From NCBI GenBank assembly GCA_016716705.1, contig JADJVF010000017.1, forward strand, positions 53,808-117,807: a stretch of 64,000 nucleotides of DNA, given 5' to 3'. A program made the translations under genes and the position numbers. The notes below the pieces were generated by a model. The model had not been told where the DNA came from and made no database searches. It saw only the letters and a program-made list of their open reading frames with translations. This DNA is from Holophagales bacterium. Its GTDB lineage: Bacteria; Acidobacteriota; Thermoanaerobaculia; UBA5066. Positions 19,669 through 29,361 of the stretch are shown piece by piece (position 1 is the first letter of the stretch; every line of letters begins with the position of its first letter).

Positions 19669-20067
19669 ATGACGACCGGCTACACGGACGACCACGCCGC
19701 CGCGGGAACGAAGGCGGCGCTCCCGGAGCTCGAAACGTGGCCGTCTCAGTACGGGGACGACTACGAAGTGGCGATCACGATCCCGGAGTTCACCTCGATC
19801 TGCCCGAAGACCGGCTTGCCCGACTTCGCGACGCTCGTGGTGACGTACGTTCCCGACGCCCACTGCGTGGAGCTGAAATCCTTCAAGGAGTACCTCCTCG
19901 CCTACAGGAATCTCGGGATCTTCAACGAGAACGTCGTGAACCGCGTCCTCGCCGACCTCGTGGCCGCGACGCGCCCGCGGCGGATGTCCGTGCGAGGCGT
20001 TTTCACGCCGCGCGGAGGGATCCAGACGACCGTCGAAGCGCGCTGGCCGAACGATTCCCGGACTTGA
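19669..20067 (+). CDS. queF: NADPH-dependent 7-cyano-7-deazaguanine (preQ0) reductase
   Basis: This is a type I QueF of 132 aa, with the catalytic Cys in EFTSICPKTGLPDFA and the conserved E(S/L)K(S/A)hK(L/Y)(Y/F/W) motif (ELKSFKEYL). Confidence 0.85.
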   Translation: MTTGYTDDHAAAGTKAALPELETWPSQYGDDYEVAITIPEFTSICPKTGLPDFATLVVTYVPDAHCVELKSFKEYLLAYRNLGIFNENVVNRVLADLVAATRPRRMSVRGVFTPRGGIQTTVEARWPNDSRT

Positions 20068-20278
20068 CAGGGCCGCACTCCGAGCCCAGATTTGTCAGTG
20101 GATCCGGGAGCTCTTTCCCACGAGAAGCGGTTCTTTCCGGGGCGATCCCAGATCGACCCCGCGAAGGGAAGACGGGCCGCGGACGCGGCTCAACCGGACG
20201 GGGGTGATCGCGAGTTCGGAGGACCCGTCGCCCCCAGGTAATGTCCCGGCCGGCGTGATCAACCGGCCGGGATTCTCG

Positions 20279-21289
20279 TTATTGCCGGGAGTTCGCCTTC
20301 AGCGGGGTGTTTTTCCCGCCACAGGGGTCGGCTTCGCTGGAGCCGGTGCGAGCTCGGCAGGGGGGCGCAAAGGTCCCATCCGGTCGGAGCCGGCGGTAGA
20401 GCGCGAGAACGTTCGCGTTGTCGACCGAACCGGGGCAGTAGGCTCCCAGGTCCTTCAGCGAGAGCTCCGCCGCCACCCGCGCTTCCGGCGAGGCTTTCGC
20501 CTTCTGCTCGGACAGGAAGCTGCGGACGCGCTCGAGATAGGCGCCCGTACGCTGCAGCTCCTCCCGGACCGCCTGGATCGGATCTCCGCGCGTCGCGATC
20601 AGGCCCACGGGTCCGAGCTCCTCGATCCGGTCGAGCATGCGCTTCCAGCCCGCCGGGTCCGAGGCACCTCCCGCGAGGTTGGGACAGCGGCCCGAGGTCA
20701 CGAGATCCCCGACGAACGCGATTCCGCTGTTGCTGCTGACGGCGACGAGATCGTAGGCCGAGTGCGCGCCTCCCGGTGCAGCGATCATCTCGAGGCGTCC
20801 GCCCCCCGCGTTCACGACGAGCCTGTCCACGACGCCGACGACGGTGGGGCGCTTCTCGCCCGGCATCACGCGGAGCACGCTCCTGGAGAGCGGATCGACC
20901 GCCCGGGCGTGGACGAAGATCGTCGCGTCCGTCGGAAGAAACGCCTCGATCCCGCCGTTGGAGTCGATGTCCGTCTGCGTCATCACGATCCAGCGAACGG
21001 GCTTGCCCTTCGTCTTCTCCTTGATCTGCGCCTTGAGGTTCTCGGCATCCTGTTTCGTCCAGCCCGTGTCGACGACGAGCACGCCGTCGCCCATGTCGAT
21101 GAACGCGCAGTTCGTATAGCCGAATCGGCCGTACCAGGTGAAGGCGTTGAGCTGCGCCACCTCGAATGCGGGAACACCTTTCGGAAGGGGAGGCGGGGCC
21201 GAGACCGCAGCCGGCGCCTGCGAGGAGGCGACGTTCGCGAGAACGGTGGCGGAAAGCAGGGCGGCGGAAAAGACGGTGCGGATGGTCAT
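20279..21289 (-). CDS. Secreted MBL-fold metallo-hydrolase
   Basis: A signal peptide is followed by a metallo-beta-lactamase-fold core. The ATG at 21289 overlaps the upstream gene's stop by 4 nt. Confidence 0.65.
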   Translation of the reverse strand: MTIRTVFSAALLSATVLANVASSQAPAAVSAPPPLPKGVPAFEVAQLNAFTWYGRFGYTNCAFIDMGDGVLVVDTGWTKQDAENLKAQIKEKTKGKPVRWIVMTQTDIDSNGGIEAFLPTDATIFVHARAVDPLSRSVLRVMPGEKRPTVVGVVDRLVVNAGGGRLEMIAAPGGAHSAYDLVAVSSNSGIAFVGDLVTSGRCPNLAGGASDPAGWKRMLDRIEELGPVGLIATRGDPIQAVREELQRTGAYLERVRSFLSEQKAKASPEARVAAELSLKDLGAYCPGSVDNANVLALYRRLRPDGTFAPPCRARTGSSEADPCGGKNTPLKANSRQ

Positions 21290-22026
21290 GCGGGCTCCGG
21301 TTTCTGGTCGTGACGGTCGTTGCGAGCCGCGCGCCGGCGCGCTGCGGCGAGGAAATCGACGAAGAGGGCCTTCTGGTCCGGCCTGTCGACGAGGTTCTCC
21401 GGGTGCCACTGCACCGCGGCGAGGTAAGGCCCGCCTTCGCGGGCGAACGCCTCCACGAGGTCGTCGGGGGAGGCGGCGAGCGCGACGAGGCCCGGCGCGA
21501 GGTCCTTCACCGCCTGGTGGTGCCGGGAGTTGACGAAGGCCCCGTCCGTCGCCGCGAGAGCGGCCGCCAGCGGAAGCGCACGGGGCGCGCTCGAGGAGAC
21601 CCGGACCTCGTGCGCGGGATGCGCCCGGTCGTGCCCTTCCCTGCTCGGGAAGGAGTGCTCGACGCCGCGCGGACGCTGCGCGGGGAGGTCCTGCCAGAGG
21701 GTCCCGCCGAGCGCGACGTTGACGACCTGCAGCCCGCGGCAGATGCCGAAGACGGGCGCTTCGAGGCGATCCGCCCGCCGGAGCAGCTCGAAATCCAGCT
21801 CGTCCCGCCCCGTGTCGACGTGGACCGAACCGTTGACCGGCGCTTCGCCGTAGCGAGACGGGTCGACGTCGGCGCCGCCCGACAGGAGAAGCCCGTCGAA
21901 CTCCTCGGGAAGAGCGTCTCCCGGCTGGACGATCTCCAGCTCCCCCGGGAGGGTCCCGGCGGCGATGAGGGCGTCCCGATAGCCGGCGTGCGGCTGTGCA
22001 GGGTCGATGGCGAGGATGATCTTCAT
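21286..22026 (-). CDS. Class I glutamine amidotransferase-like protein (gamma-glutamyl-GABA hydrolase / peptidase C26 family)
   Basis: It has the catalytic Cys region (GICRGLQVVNVALGGTL), the His (HHQAV) and a C-terminal WHPE motif. It starts MKIILAID. Confidence 0.7.
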   Translation of the reverse strand: MKIILAIDPAQPHAGYRDALIAAGTLPGELEIVQPGDALPEEFDGLLLSGGADVDPSRYGEAPVNGSVHVDTGRDELDFELLRRADRLEAPVFGICRGLQVVNVALGGTLWQDLPAQRPRGVEHSFPSREGHDRAHPAHEVRVSSSAPRALPLAAALAATDGAFVNSRHHQAVKDLAPGLVALAASPDDLVEAFAREGGPYLAAVQWHPENLVDRPDQKALFVDFLAAARRRAARNDRHDQKPEPA

Positions 22027-22105
22027 GCTTCGAGAGGGGCCGTTCCGGCGGGCTTCGCCGGCGGCCGCCGAGTCTAGCAAGAGGCGTTCCAGGGGCCGGT
22101 CCGCA

Positions 22106-23068
22106 TCAGATCGGCGGCTCCCAGAAGCGGGAAAACATGTACCACTGCTCGCCGTTCTCCCGAACCGTCCGCTCCAGGATCGCGACGAACTCCGTCATCG
22201 CGGACTTCTCGGCCTCCTCGCGCCGGCCGCGCGAGGCCGCCTCGACCCGGATCGGCGCCTCGACGACCGTCCGGTAGGTCCCGTCCTTCTCCCTGAGGAC
22301 GAAGACCGGCAGGAGCGGAACGCCGGCCGCGGCGGCGATCCGGAACGGGCCGACGGGAAACGAGACGCTCCGGCCGAGGAACGGCAGCGTTCGCCCGGTC
22401 CCGGAGTAGTCGCGGTCACCCTGGATCGCGACGAAATACCCTTCCTCGAGGCTCCGGAGGATCCTTATCGCCGAGAAATCCGACTTCATCTGCAGCGACC
22501 GGATGCCGAGCCGGTCGCGTGCCGCCTTCCGGTCCCGCTCGACGACGGGCGAAGGATCGGAGAGGTAGACGACCGCCACCTTCAGGCCGATTTCCCCGAG
22601 AAAGAAGCCGCCGATCTCGAAGTTCCCGACGTGCGCCGTCAGGAGGATCGCTCCCCGTCCGGCGTCACGTGCCGTCACGAGGTGCTCGGTCCCTATGCGC
22701 CTCGGGACCACCGCGTCGAGGTCCGTCGGCGGCCGCTCGGAGAAGCGGAGGAGGTCGATCCAGGAACGCGAGTGGTGCCCGATCATCGCGAGCGCCGACT
22801 CCTCCACCTCGCGCCGCCACGACGGAAGCCCCAGCAGGGCGGCGTGGTTCTCGAGAATCGCCTCGCGCACCGGCTCGCGCGCCCAGATCGCCCGTTCCGC
22901 CGTCGCGGCCGCGAGGCGCGCCACCCACTCCGGCGGAAAGCGGAGGACGAGCCAGCGGAAGAACGGGAACCAGAGGCCGAACGTGGCGTGCGTCACGCGC
23001 GACACGATCGGCGGGGCGGCAGGGCGGCGGTCCGGCGCGTGCGGGTGGGTTGCGAGTGGGCGCGACAT
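22106..23068 (-). CDS. Lysophospholipid/lipid A biosynthesis acyltransferase (LpxL/HtrB family)
   Basis: The LPLAT fold is present, with the HX4D-type block (LLTAHVGNFE) and a downstream PVG region. Confidence 0.65.
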   Translation of the reverse strand: MSRPLATHPHAPDRRPAAPPIVSRVTHATFGLWFPFFRWLVLRFPPEWVARLAAATAERAIWAREPVREAILENHAALLGLPSWRREVEESALAMIGHHSRSWIDLLRFSERPPTDLDAVVPRRIGTEHLVTARDAGRGAILLTAHVGNFEIGGFFLGEIGLKVAVVYLSDPSPVVERDRKAARDRLGIRSLQMKSDFSAIRILRSLEEGYFVAIQGDRDYSGTGRTLPFLGRSVSFPVGPFRIAAAAGVPLLPVFVLREKDGTYRTVVEAPIRVEAASRGRREEAEKSAMTEFVAILERTVRENGEQWYMFSRFWEPPI

Positions 23069-23094
23069 GGAGGGGAGGCCCCGCGGCACGGGGG

Positions 23095-23731
<637 letters not shown>

Positions 23732-23740
<9 letters not shown>

Positions 23741-23797
23741 GTCAAGGGCGCCCTCGGCCCGCTCGGCATCCTGAACCCGGGGAAGATCTTCCCCTGA
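23732..23797 (+). pseudogene. C-terminal remnant (21 codons) of an FAD-linked oxidase (GlcD/D-lactate dehydrogenase-like) gene whose body is replaced by the G/C tract
   Basis: The translation MKAVKGALGPLGILNPGKIFP* matches the conserved C-terminal end (…DP.NILNPGKI…) of FAD-binding oxidases such as GlcD. Confidence 0.5.
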
Positions 23798-23825
23798 AGA
23801 GAGCTCGGCTAGACTCGTCGTTCCA

Positions 23826-25286
23826 ATGCCTTCCCAAGAGTTCGAGACGGTCATCGGGCTGGAAGTCCACGCGCAGCTGAAGACGCGGACGAAGGCGTTC
23901 TGCGCGTGCCCCGTCGTCTTCGGCGCGAGCGCCAACACCGCCGTCTGCCCCGTCTGCCTCGGCTACCCGGGCGCCCTCCCCGTCCTCAACCGCGAGATGG
24001 TGAGCCTGGCCCTGCGCCTCGCGTTCGCGACCCGCTGCGAGGTCCACGAGACATCGGTGTTCGCCCGGAAGAACTACTTCTACCCCGACCTTCCGAAGGG
24101 CTACCAGATCTCGCAGTACGACCGGCCGCTCGCCACGGGCGGCGTCGTCGAGGTCCGCGGCGAGGACGGCGCGCCCCGCGCGATCCGTCTCAACCGGATC
24201 CACCTCGAGGAGGACGCCGGCAAGTCGATGCACGAGGTTCCCTGGGACGACGTCCCGACGGGCGTCTCCCTCGTCGACCTGAACCGCGCCGGCACCCCGC
24301 TCGCCGAGATCGTCACGGAGCCCGATCTCCGCTCGCCGGAGGAGGCCTACGACTTCCTCGTCCGGCTCCGCCGGCTCGTCCGCTGGGTCGGCGCCTCCGA
24401 CGGCAACATGGAGGAAGGGTCCCTGCGCTGCGACGCGAACGTCTCGCTGCGCCCCGCCGGGGCCGACACGCTCGGGACGAAGGTCGAGATCAAGAACCTC
24501 AACTCCATCGCCCACGTGAAGAAGGCGCTCGAGCACGAGATCGCCCGCCAGGCGGAGGCGCTCCGCCGGGGGGGCGAGGTCGTCCAGGAGACGCGCCTCT
24601 TCGACCCGGGAAGCGGCGCGACGCGCCCGATGCGGTCGAAGGAGGAGGCGATGGACTATCGCTACTTCCCCGACCCCGACCTCGGCCCTCTCGTCGTCGA
24701 CGCGCGCTGGAGCGCAGAGGTTGCCGCCGCGCTTCCCGAGCTGCCGGAGCCGCGCGCGGCGCGCTTCGCCTCCGCGCTCGGCCTTCCCCCGTCCGACGCC
24801 GCGACCCTCTGCGCGACGCGTCCCCTCGCCGACGCCTTCGAGGTGGCCGTCGCCCTCCACCCGTCGAATGCGAAGGGGATCGCGAACTGGTTCCTCGGCG
24901 ACCTCCTCGCCCGGATGACCGACGCCGACCGGCAGGAGGGGCGTCTTCCCGTCGCGCCGGCCGCCGTCGCGCGCCTCGTGGCGCGGATCGACGACGGGAC
25001 GATCTCCGGGAAGATCGCCAAGGAGCTCTTCCCTCTCCTCTGCGAGGACGGCGCCGACGTCGATGCGCTGATCCGCGAGAAGGGGCTCGTCCAGGTGACG
25101 GACGAGTCGCCGATCCGCGCCGCCGTCGACGCGGTGATCGCCGCGAACCCGGTGCAGGCCGCGGCCTATCGGGGAGGGAAGCCGGCCGCGTTCGGCTGGT
25201 TCGTCGGCCAGGTCATGAAGGCGACCGGCGGGAAGGCGAGCCCCGCGCTCGTGAACCGCCTCCTCCGGGAGATCCTCGACGCGTGA
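23826..25286 (+). CDS. gatB: Asp-tRNA(Asn)/Glu-tRNA(Gln) amidotransferase subunit B
   Basis: The N-terminus (FETVIGLEVHAQL) and the zinc-site cysteines (CPVCLGYPG) are both GatB. Confidence 0.9.
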   Translation: MPSQEFETVIGLEVHAQLKTRTKAFCACPVVFGASANTAVCPVCLGYPGALPVLNREMVSLALRLAFATRCEVHETSVFARKNYFYPDLPKGYQISQYDRPLATGGVVEVRGEDGAPRAIRLNRIHLEEDAGKSMHEVPWDDVPTGVSLVDLNRAGTPLAEIVTEPDLRSPEEAYDFLVRLRRLVRWVGASDGNMEEGSLRCDANVSLRPAGADTLGTKVEIKNLNSIAHVKKALEHEIARQAEALRRGGEVVQETRLFDPGSGATRPMRSKEEAMDYRYFPDPDLGPLVVDARWSAEVAAALPELPEPRAARFASALGLPPSDAATLCATRPLADAFEVAVALHPSNAKGIANWFLGDLLARMTDADRQEGRLPVAPAAVARLVARIDDGTISGKIAKELFPLLCEDGADVDALIREKGLVQVTDESPIRAAVDAVIAANPVQAAAYRGGKPAAFGWFVGQVMKATGGKASPALVNRLLREILDA

Positions 25287-26020
25287 TCGAGTTCTACCGC
25301 GTCTCGAAGGAGTACCACGGACGGCGCGTCCTGAAGAACCTCTCCTTCAAGGTCGCACAGGGCGAGTTCGTCTTCCTCACGGGCCCCTCCGGCGCGGGGA
25401 AGACGACCGTCCTCAAGCTCCTCTACCGCGCCGAGGGCCCGGGCGAGGGACAGATCCTCGTCAACGGGAGGAACGTCGGTGCGATGACCCCCGGGCGCGT
25501 CCCCGAGCTGCGGCGGACCATGGGCATCGTCTTCCAGGACTACAAGCTCCTTCCCTCGAGGACCGTCTTCGAGAACGTCTCTTTCGTCCTGAAGTTCCTC
25601 GGCGTCCCTCTCGCAGAGCGCCGCCGGCGCGCCTACCAGGTGCTCCGCCTCGTCGAGCTCCACCACCGCGTCAACGCCCTGCCCGAGGAGCTCTCCGGGG
25701 GCGAGCAGCAGCGGGTGGCCCTCGCGCGCGCCCTCGTCAACGAGCCCGAGCTCCTCGTCGCCGACGAACCGACCGGGAACCTGGACCACCGCCTCGCCCA
25801 GGAGGTGATGCGGCTCTTCTCGCAGATCAACGTCCGCGGGACGACCGTCCTCGTCGCCACCCACGACGTGAACCTCATCCGGGAAACGGGCCGCCGGTGC
25901 CTCACGCTCGACCGCGGCGGCGTCCTCGAGGGGCTCGTCGAGGCCGCGCTTCCGCCCCAGGCGGCGTGGCGGCGCGACGGAGGAGTCCGTCTCCCGCCCC
26001 GCGAGGGGGAGGAGCATTGA
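25283..26020 (+). CDS. ftsE: Cell-division ATP-binding protein FtsE
   Basis: Walker A (GPSGAGKTT), the ABC signature (LSGGEQQRVALARAL) and Walker B (LVADEPTGNLD) are present. A GTG start overlaps the gatB stop. Confidence 0.85.
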   Translation: MIEFYRVSKEYHGRRVLKNLSFKVAQGEFVFLTGPSGAGKTTVLKLLYRAEGPGEGQILVNGRNVGAMTPGRVPELRRTMGIVFQDYKLLPSRTVFENVSFVLKFLGVPLAERRRRAYQVLRLVELHHRVNALPEELSGGEQQRVALARALVNEPELLVADEPTGNLDHRLAQEVMRLFSQINVRGTTVLVATHDVNLIRETGRRCLTLDRGGVLEGLVEAALPPQAAWRRDGGVRLPPREGEEH

Positions 26021-26916
26021 GGCGCGGAGCCGCTTTCGCCTCGCTTCTCGACGAGGCCTTTTCCGGCCTCTGGCGGGCGCGGCGCGTGACGGTCGTCTCC
26101 ATTCTCCAGATCTCCTTCTCCCTCTTCCTCGTCGGCCTCTTCCTCCTCGCGGCGGAGAACCTCGGCGGGGTCGTCGACACGCTCCGCGAGGAGACCGCCG
26201 TCACCCTCTTCCTCCGCTCCGGCGCCGACGAGGCGTCGAAGGCGACCGTCGAGCGCACGGCGCTCGAGTCGAAGCTCGTCGCCGCCGTCCGGCGCGTGTC
26301 GGCCGAGGAGGCGCGGGGCCGCTTCGCCCGGTCGTTCGGCAGCCTCACCGGCGCGGCGGGGACCCTCTCCGGGAACCCCTTCCCGGCCTCCATCGAGCTG
26401 GATCTCCTCCCGGGTGCGATCTCCTCGGCGGCGCTGCGCCCTTTCCTCGCGAACCTGGCGGCCAGCCCGGCGGTCGAGGAGGTCCAGTTCGACGTCGACT
26501 GGATCCGCCGCCTGCGCGGCGTCGTCCGCCTCGTCGCCGCGGCGGGCCTGGCCACCGGAGTCTTCCTCGCCCTCGGCGCGGCCTTCACGATCGCGAACGT
26601 CGTGAGGCTCACGATCCTCCTCCACCGCGACGAGATCGACATCCTCCGCCTCGTCGGCGCGCCGGAGGTCCTGATCCGCGGCCCGTTTCTCCTCGGGGGC
26701 GTCCTCCAGGGGCTCTTCGGGGGGATCGTGGCGCTCGGACTCCTCGCCCTCGCGTTCCGGGGGCTCCTCTTCTTCGTCTCCTCGACGGAGAACGTCCTCC
26801 TCGGGGTCTTCGTCGTGCGGTTTCTCTCCCCGGCGATCTGCGGAGTTCTCGTCCTCGGCGGAGTCCTCGCCGGCCTCCTCGGCGGCACGGTCGCGTCCCG
26901 CCGCGGCCACGTCTGA
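26017..26916 (+). CDS. ftsX: Cell-division permease FtsX
   Basis: It has four TM helices and the FtsX topology. A TTG start overlaps the ftsE stop (TTGA). Confidence 0.75.
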   Translation: MRRGAAFASLLDEAFSGLWRARRVTVVSILQISFSLFLVGLFLLAAENLGGVVDTLREETAVTLFLRSGADEASKATVERTALESKLVAAVRRVSAEEARGRFARSFGSLTGAAGTLSGNPFPASIELDLLPGAISSAALRPFLANLAASPAVEEVQFDVDWIRRLRGVVRLVAAAGLATGVFLALGAAFTIANVVRLTILLHRDEIDILRLVGAPEVLIRGPFLLGGVLQGLFGGIVALGLLALAFRGLLFFVSSTENVLLGVFVVRFLSPAICGVLVLGGVLAGLLGGTVASRRGHV

Positions 26917-26949
26917 GGGAAGGCGCCGGGGGCCGGCGGTGGGCCCGAT

Positions 26950-27759
26950 TCAAATCGGTTTCGCGCGTTTCAGCCGGGAGAAGACCGCCGCGCCGATCCG
27001 CGGCGGGAGAGTCCTCGGGACGAAGCGCCCCGTGAAGATCCAGGCGGAGTCGAAGAGGTTCGGGACGACGATCGCCTTGCCGCGCTCGAGGCCGCGCAGG
27101 CCCGCCTCGGCCACCGTCTCCGCCGAGAGGGAGGGGAAGGGGTTCTTCGCTCCCGGCGCCAGCCCCGCGACGCGGTGGAAGTCGGTCCTCGTCGTCCCGG
27201 GGCAGAGCGCCGTCACGACGACGCCCCGGCCGCTCAGCTCCTCGTGGAGCGCCTGCGAATACGAGAGGACGAACGCCTTCGTCGCGGCGTAGACCGCCAT
27301 GTACGGCACCGGGAGGAAGGCCGCGGTCGAGGCGACGTTCAGGACGTAGCCGCCGCCCCGCGCGCGCATCGGCGCGAGGAGCCGGTGGGTCAGTTCGACG
27401 AGCGTCCCGACGTTCAGCTTCAGCATCCGGAGCTTGCGGTCGAGCTCCTGCTCCTCGTCCGGGCCGTAGAAGCCGAAGCCGGCGTTGTTGACGAGGAGGC
27501 CGACCGGTTTCCCGGCGCCTTCCGTCGCGGCGAAGAGCCGCTCCGCGGACCCCTCGGAAGCGAGGTCGAGGACGATCGCCTCCACGGCGACGCCCGAGAG
27601 GGAGCGCAGCTCGGCCGCGAGCGCGACGAGCTTCTCTTCCGAGCGCGCGACGAGGAGCTGCGGCACCTTCCTCCGGGCGAGCCCCCGGGCGATCGCCTCG
27701 CCGATCCCGGCCGAGGCGCCGGTGACGAGGGCGAAGGAGCCCGCGGGGAGGGCGATCAC
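26950..27759 (-). CDS. SDR-family oxidoreductase
   Basis: It has a TGASAGIG Rossmann motif and an NNAG motif. A GTG start overlaps the upstream gene's stop (GTGA). Confidence 0.7.
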   Translation of the reverse strand: MIALPAGSFALVTGASAGIGEAIARGLARRKVPQLLVARSEEKLVALAAELRSLSGVAVEAIVLDLASEGSAERLFAATEGAGKPVGLLVNNAGFGFYGPDEEQELDRKLRMLKLNVGTLVELTHRLLAPMRARGGGYVLNVASTAAFLPVPYMAVYAATKAFVLSYSQALHEELSGRGVVVTALCPGTTRTDFHRVAGLAPGAKNPFPSLSAETVAEAGLRGLERGKAIVVPNLFDSAWIFTGRFVPRTLPPRIGAAVFSRLKRAKPI

Positions 27760-28550
27760 CCGATCAGGTCCTCGGTCCCGTCGACGCCGAGCACGTTCCC
27801 CGTCAGCCAGACCGTCTCCGGACGCGCCACGGCGACGATGACGTTCGCCACGTCCTGCGGCGTCGTGAGACGGCCCGCGGGGTGGACGGCGAGGACCCGC
27901 TCGATCATCTGGACGTTGCCCGGGATCTTCCGGAGGGCGGGCGTGTCGGTGACCCCGGCGCGGATCGCGTTCACGGCGATTCCCTTCGGGACGAGCTCCA
28001 CCGCGAGCTGGCGGCAGTGGCTCTCGAGGGCGGACTTCGCGGCCGAGACGGCACCGTAGGACTGCCAGATCCGGTGCCCGCCGGCCGACGTCATCGCGAA
28101 AACGTGGGCGCCCCTGCCGAGGAGACCGGCGGCGACGAGGTCCTGCGTCCAGTAGACGAGCGAGTGGGCCATGACGTCGAGCGTCATGTCCATCTGCGCC
28201 TGCGTCATCCGCTCCTTCTCGTCGCCCAGGAACGGCTTGAGCGTCCCGAAGGCGAGGGAGTGGAGGACGACGTCGACGCTCTCCCCGGAGGCGGCGATCG
28301 CGTCCTTCATCCCCGCGACGACCTCCGCCCGCTTCTGGGCGTCGGCGGCGTTCACGTTCCAGAAGATCGCCCGGCCGCCCGCGGCCTCGATCTCCCCGGC
28401 GATCCGCTCCGCGTTCGGAAGCGTGGCGCGGCGGTCGAGGTGGACGCCGAAGACGTTTCGGCCGGCCTTGGCGAGGGCGACCGAAGCCGCTTCGCCGAAT
28501 CCGGAGGACGCGCCGAGGACGAGGGCCCAGTTCCGCTTCGGGTGAGACAT
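27756..28550 (-). CDS. SDR-family enoyl-[ACP] reductase-like protein (FabL-like)
   Basis: The translation starts MSHPKRNWALVLGASSGFGEA. Its overall pattern resembles FabL-type enoyl-ACP reductases (…SYGAVSAAKSALES…VNAIRAGVTDTPAL…). Confidence 0.6.
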   Translation of the reverse strand: MSHPKRNWALVLGASSGFGEAASVALAKAGRNVFGVHLDRRATLPNAERIAGEIEAAGGRAIFWNVNAADAQKRAEVVAGMKDAIAASGESVDVVLHSLAFGTLKPFLGDEKERMTQAQMDMTLDVMAHSLVYWTQDLVAAGLLGRGAHVFAMTSAGGHRIWQSYGAVSAAKSALESHCRQLAVELVPKGIAVNAIRAGVTDTPALRKIPGNVQMIERVLAVHPAGRLTTPQDVANVIVAVARPETVWLTGNVLGVDGTEDLIG

Positions 28551-28602
28551 GGCGCGGATTATCGGCACCCGACTCTCCCCTGTATAGTCGTCCCCGAGGG
28601 CG

Positions 28603-29361
28603 GTGCCCATGCGCTTCGAGGCCGTTCGCAGGCTCCTCGAGAGACTCCAGCAGAGCGGAAAGAAGACCCTCGAGCTCGAGGAGACTTCCGGCAACTTCAC
28701 CGACAGCGAGATGGCGTTCGGACGGCTCGTCCTCCCCCTGCTCGAGGACATGGACGCCATGAAGAAGCTCCTCGAGGACCTCTCCCGGCGCGCGCGCGCG
28801 ATGCAGTTCGTCCTCGACCGTCTTCCCGTGGCCGCTCTCGTCCTCGACGCCGAGGGGAGCCTGCTCGCGATGAACACGGTCGCCAAGAAGCACTTCGGTG
28901 GCCCCGCAATCACCTCGGCCGTCCTCCGGGCGGCCCGGCGCGCCCTCCACGGGGACGAGGAATCGGCCTCGACCGTCGACGACCCGCGCCGCAACGGGGG
29001 CACCCTGCGGCTCGTGGCGGCCGACGTCGCGGAGGAGTCGACGGGAGGAGCGACCGGCAAGCCCTCCGTCGTCTTCGTCGTCTCGAACGACTCTCCCCCG
29101 CCCGTCGACGAAGCGGACCTCGTCGCCCGGTTCGAGCTCACGAGGGCGGAGGCGTCCGTCGTCGCGCTCGTCGCGCACGGCCTGTCGAACAAGGAGGCCG
29201 GCGAGCGGATGGGGAGCTCCGTCGAGACGGTCCGGTCGCAGCTCGCGAGCGCGTTCCGGAAGACAGGCGCCCGCAACCGGGCCGGCCTCGCCGCCCTCGC
29301 CTACGGCGCCCGCTTCGGGCAGGGACCGATCTCGGGCGCCTTCCCGCCCCTCGAGGAGTGA
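28603..29361 (+). CDS. LuxR-family (GerE-type HTH) transcriptional regulator
   Basis: A C-terminal LuxR-type HTH is present (LTRAEASVVALVAHGLSNKEAGERMGSSVETVRSQL). Confidence 0.65.
   Translation: MPMRFEAVRRLLERLQQSGKKTLELEETSGNFTDSEMAFGRLVLPLLEDMDAMKKLLEDLSRRARAMQFVLDRLPVAALVLDAEGSLLAMNTVAKKHFGGPAITSAVLRAARRALHGDEESASTVDDPRRNGGTLRLVAADVAEESTGGATGKPSVVFVVSNDSPPPVDEADLVARFELTRAEASVVALVAHGLSNKEAGERMGSSVETVRSQLASAFRKTGARNRAGLAALAYGARFGQGPISGAFPPLEE

Noticed and set aside
19630-19670. Looked for a preQ1 riboswitch upstream of queF
   Set aside because: Only about 35 nt separate lepB and queF, and no preQ1-I-like hairpin with an A-rich tail is visible.
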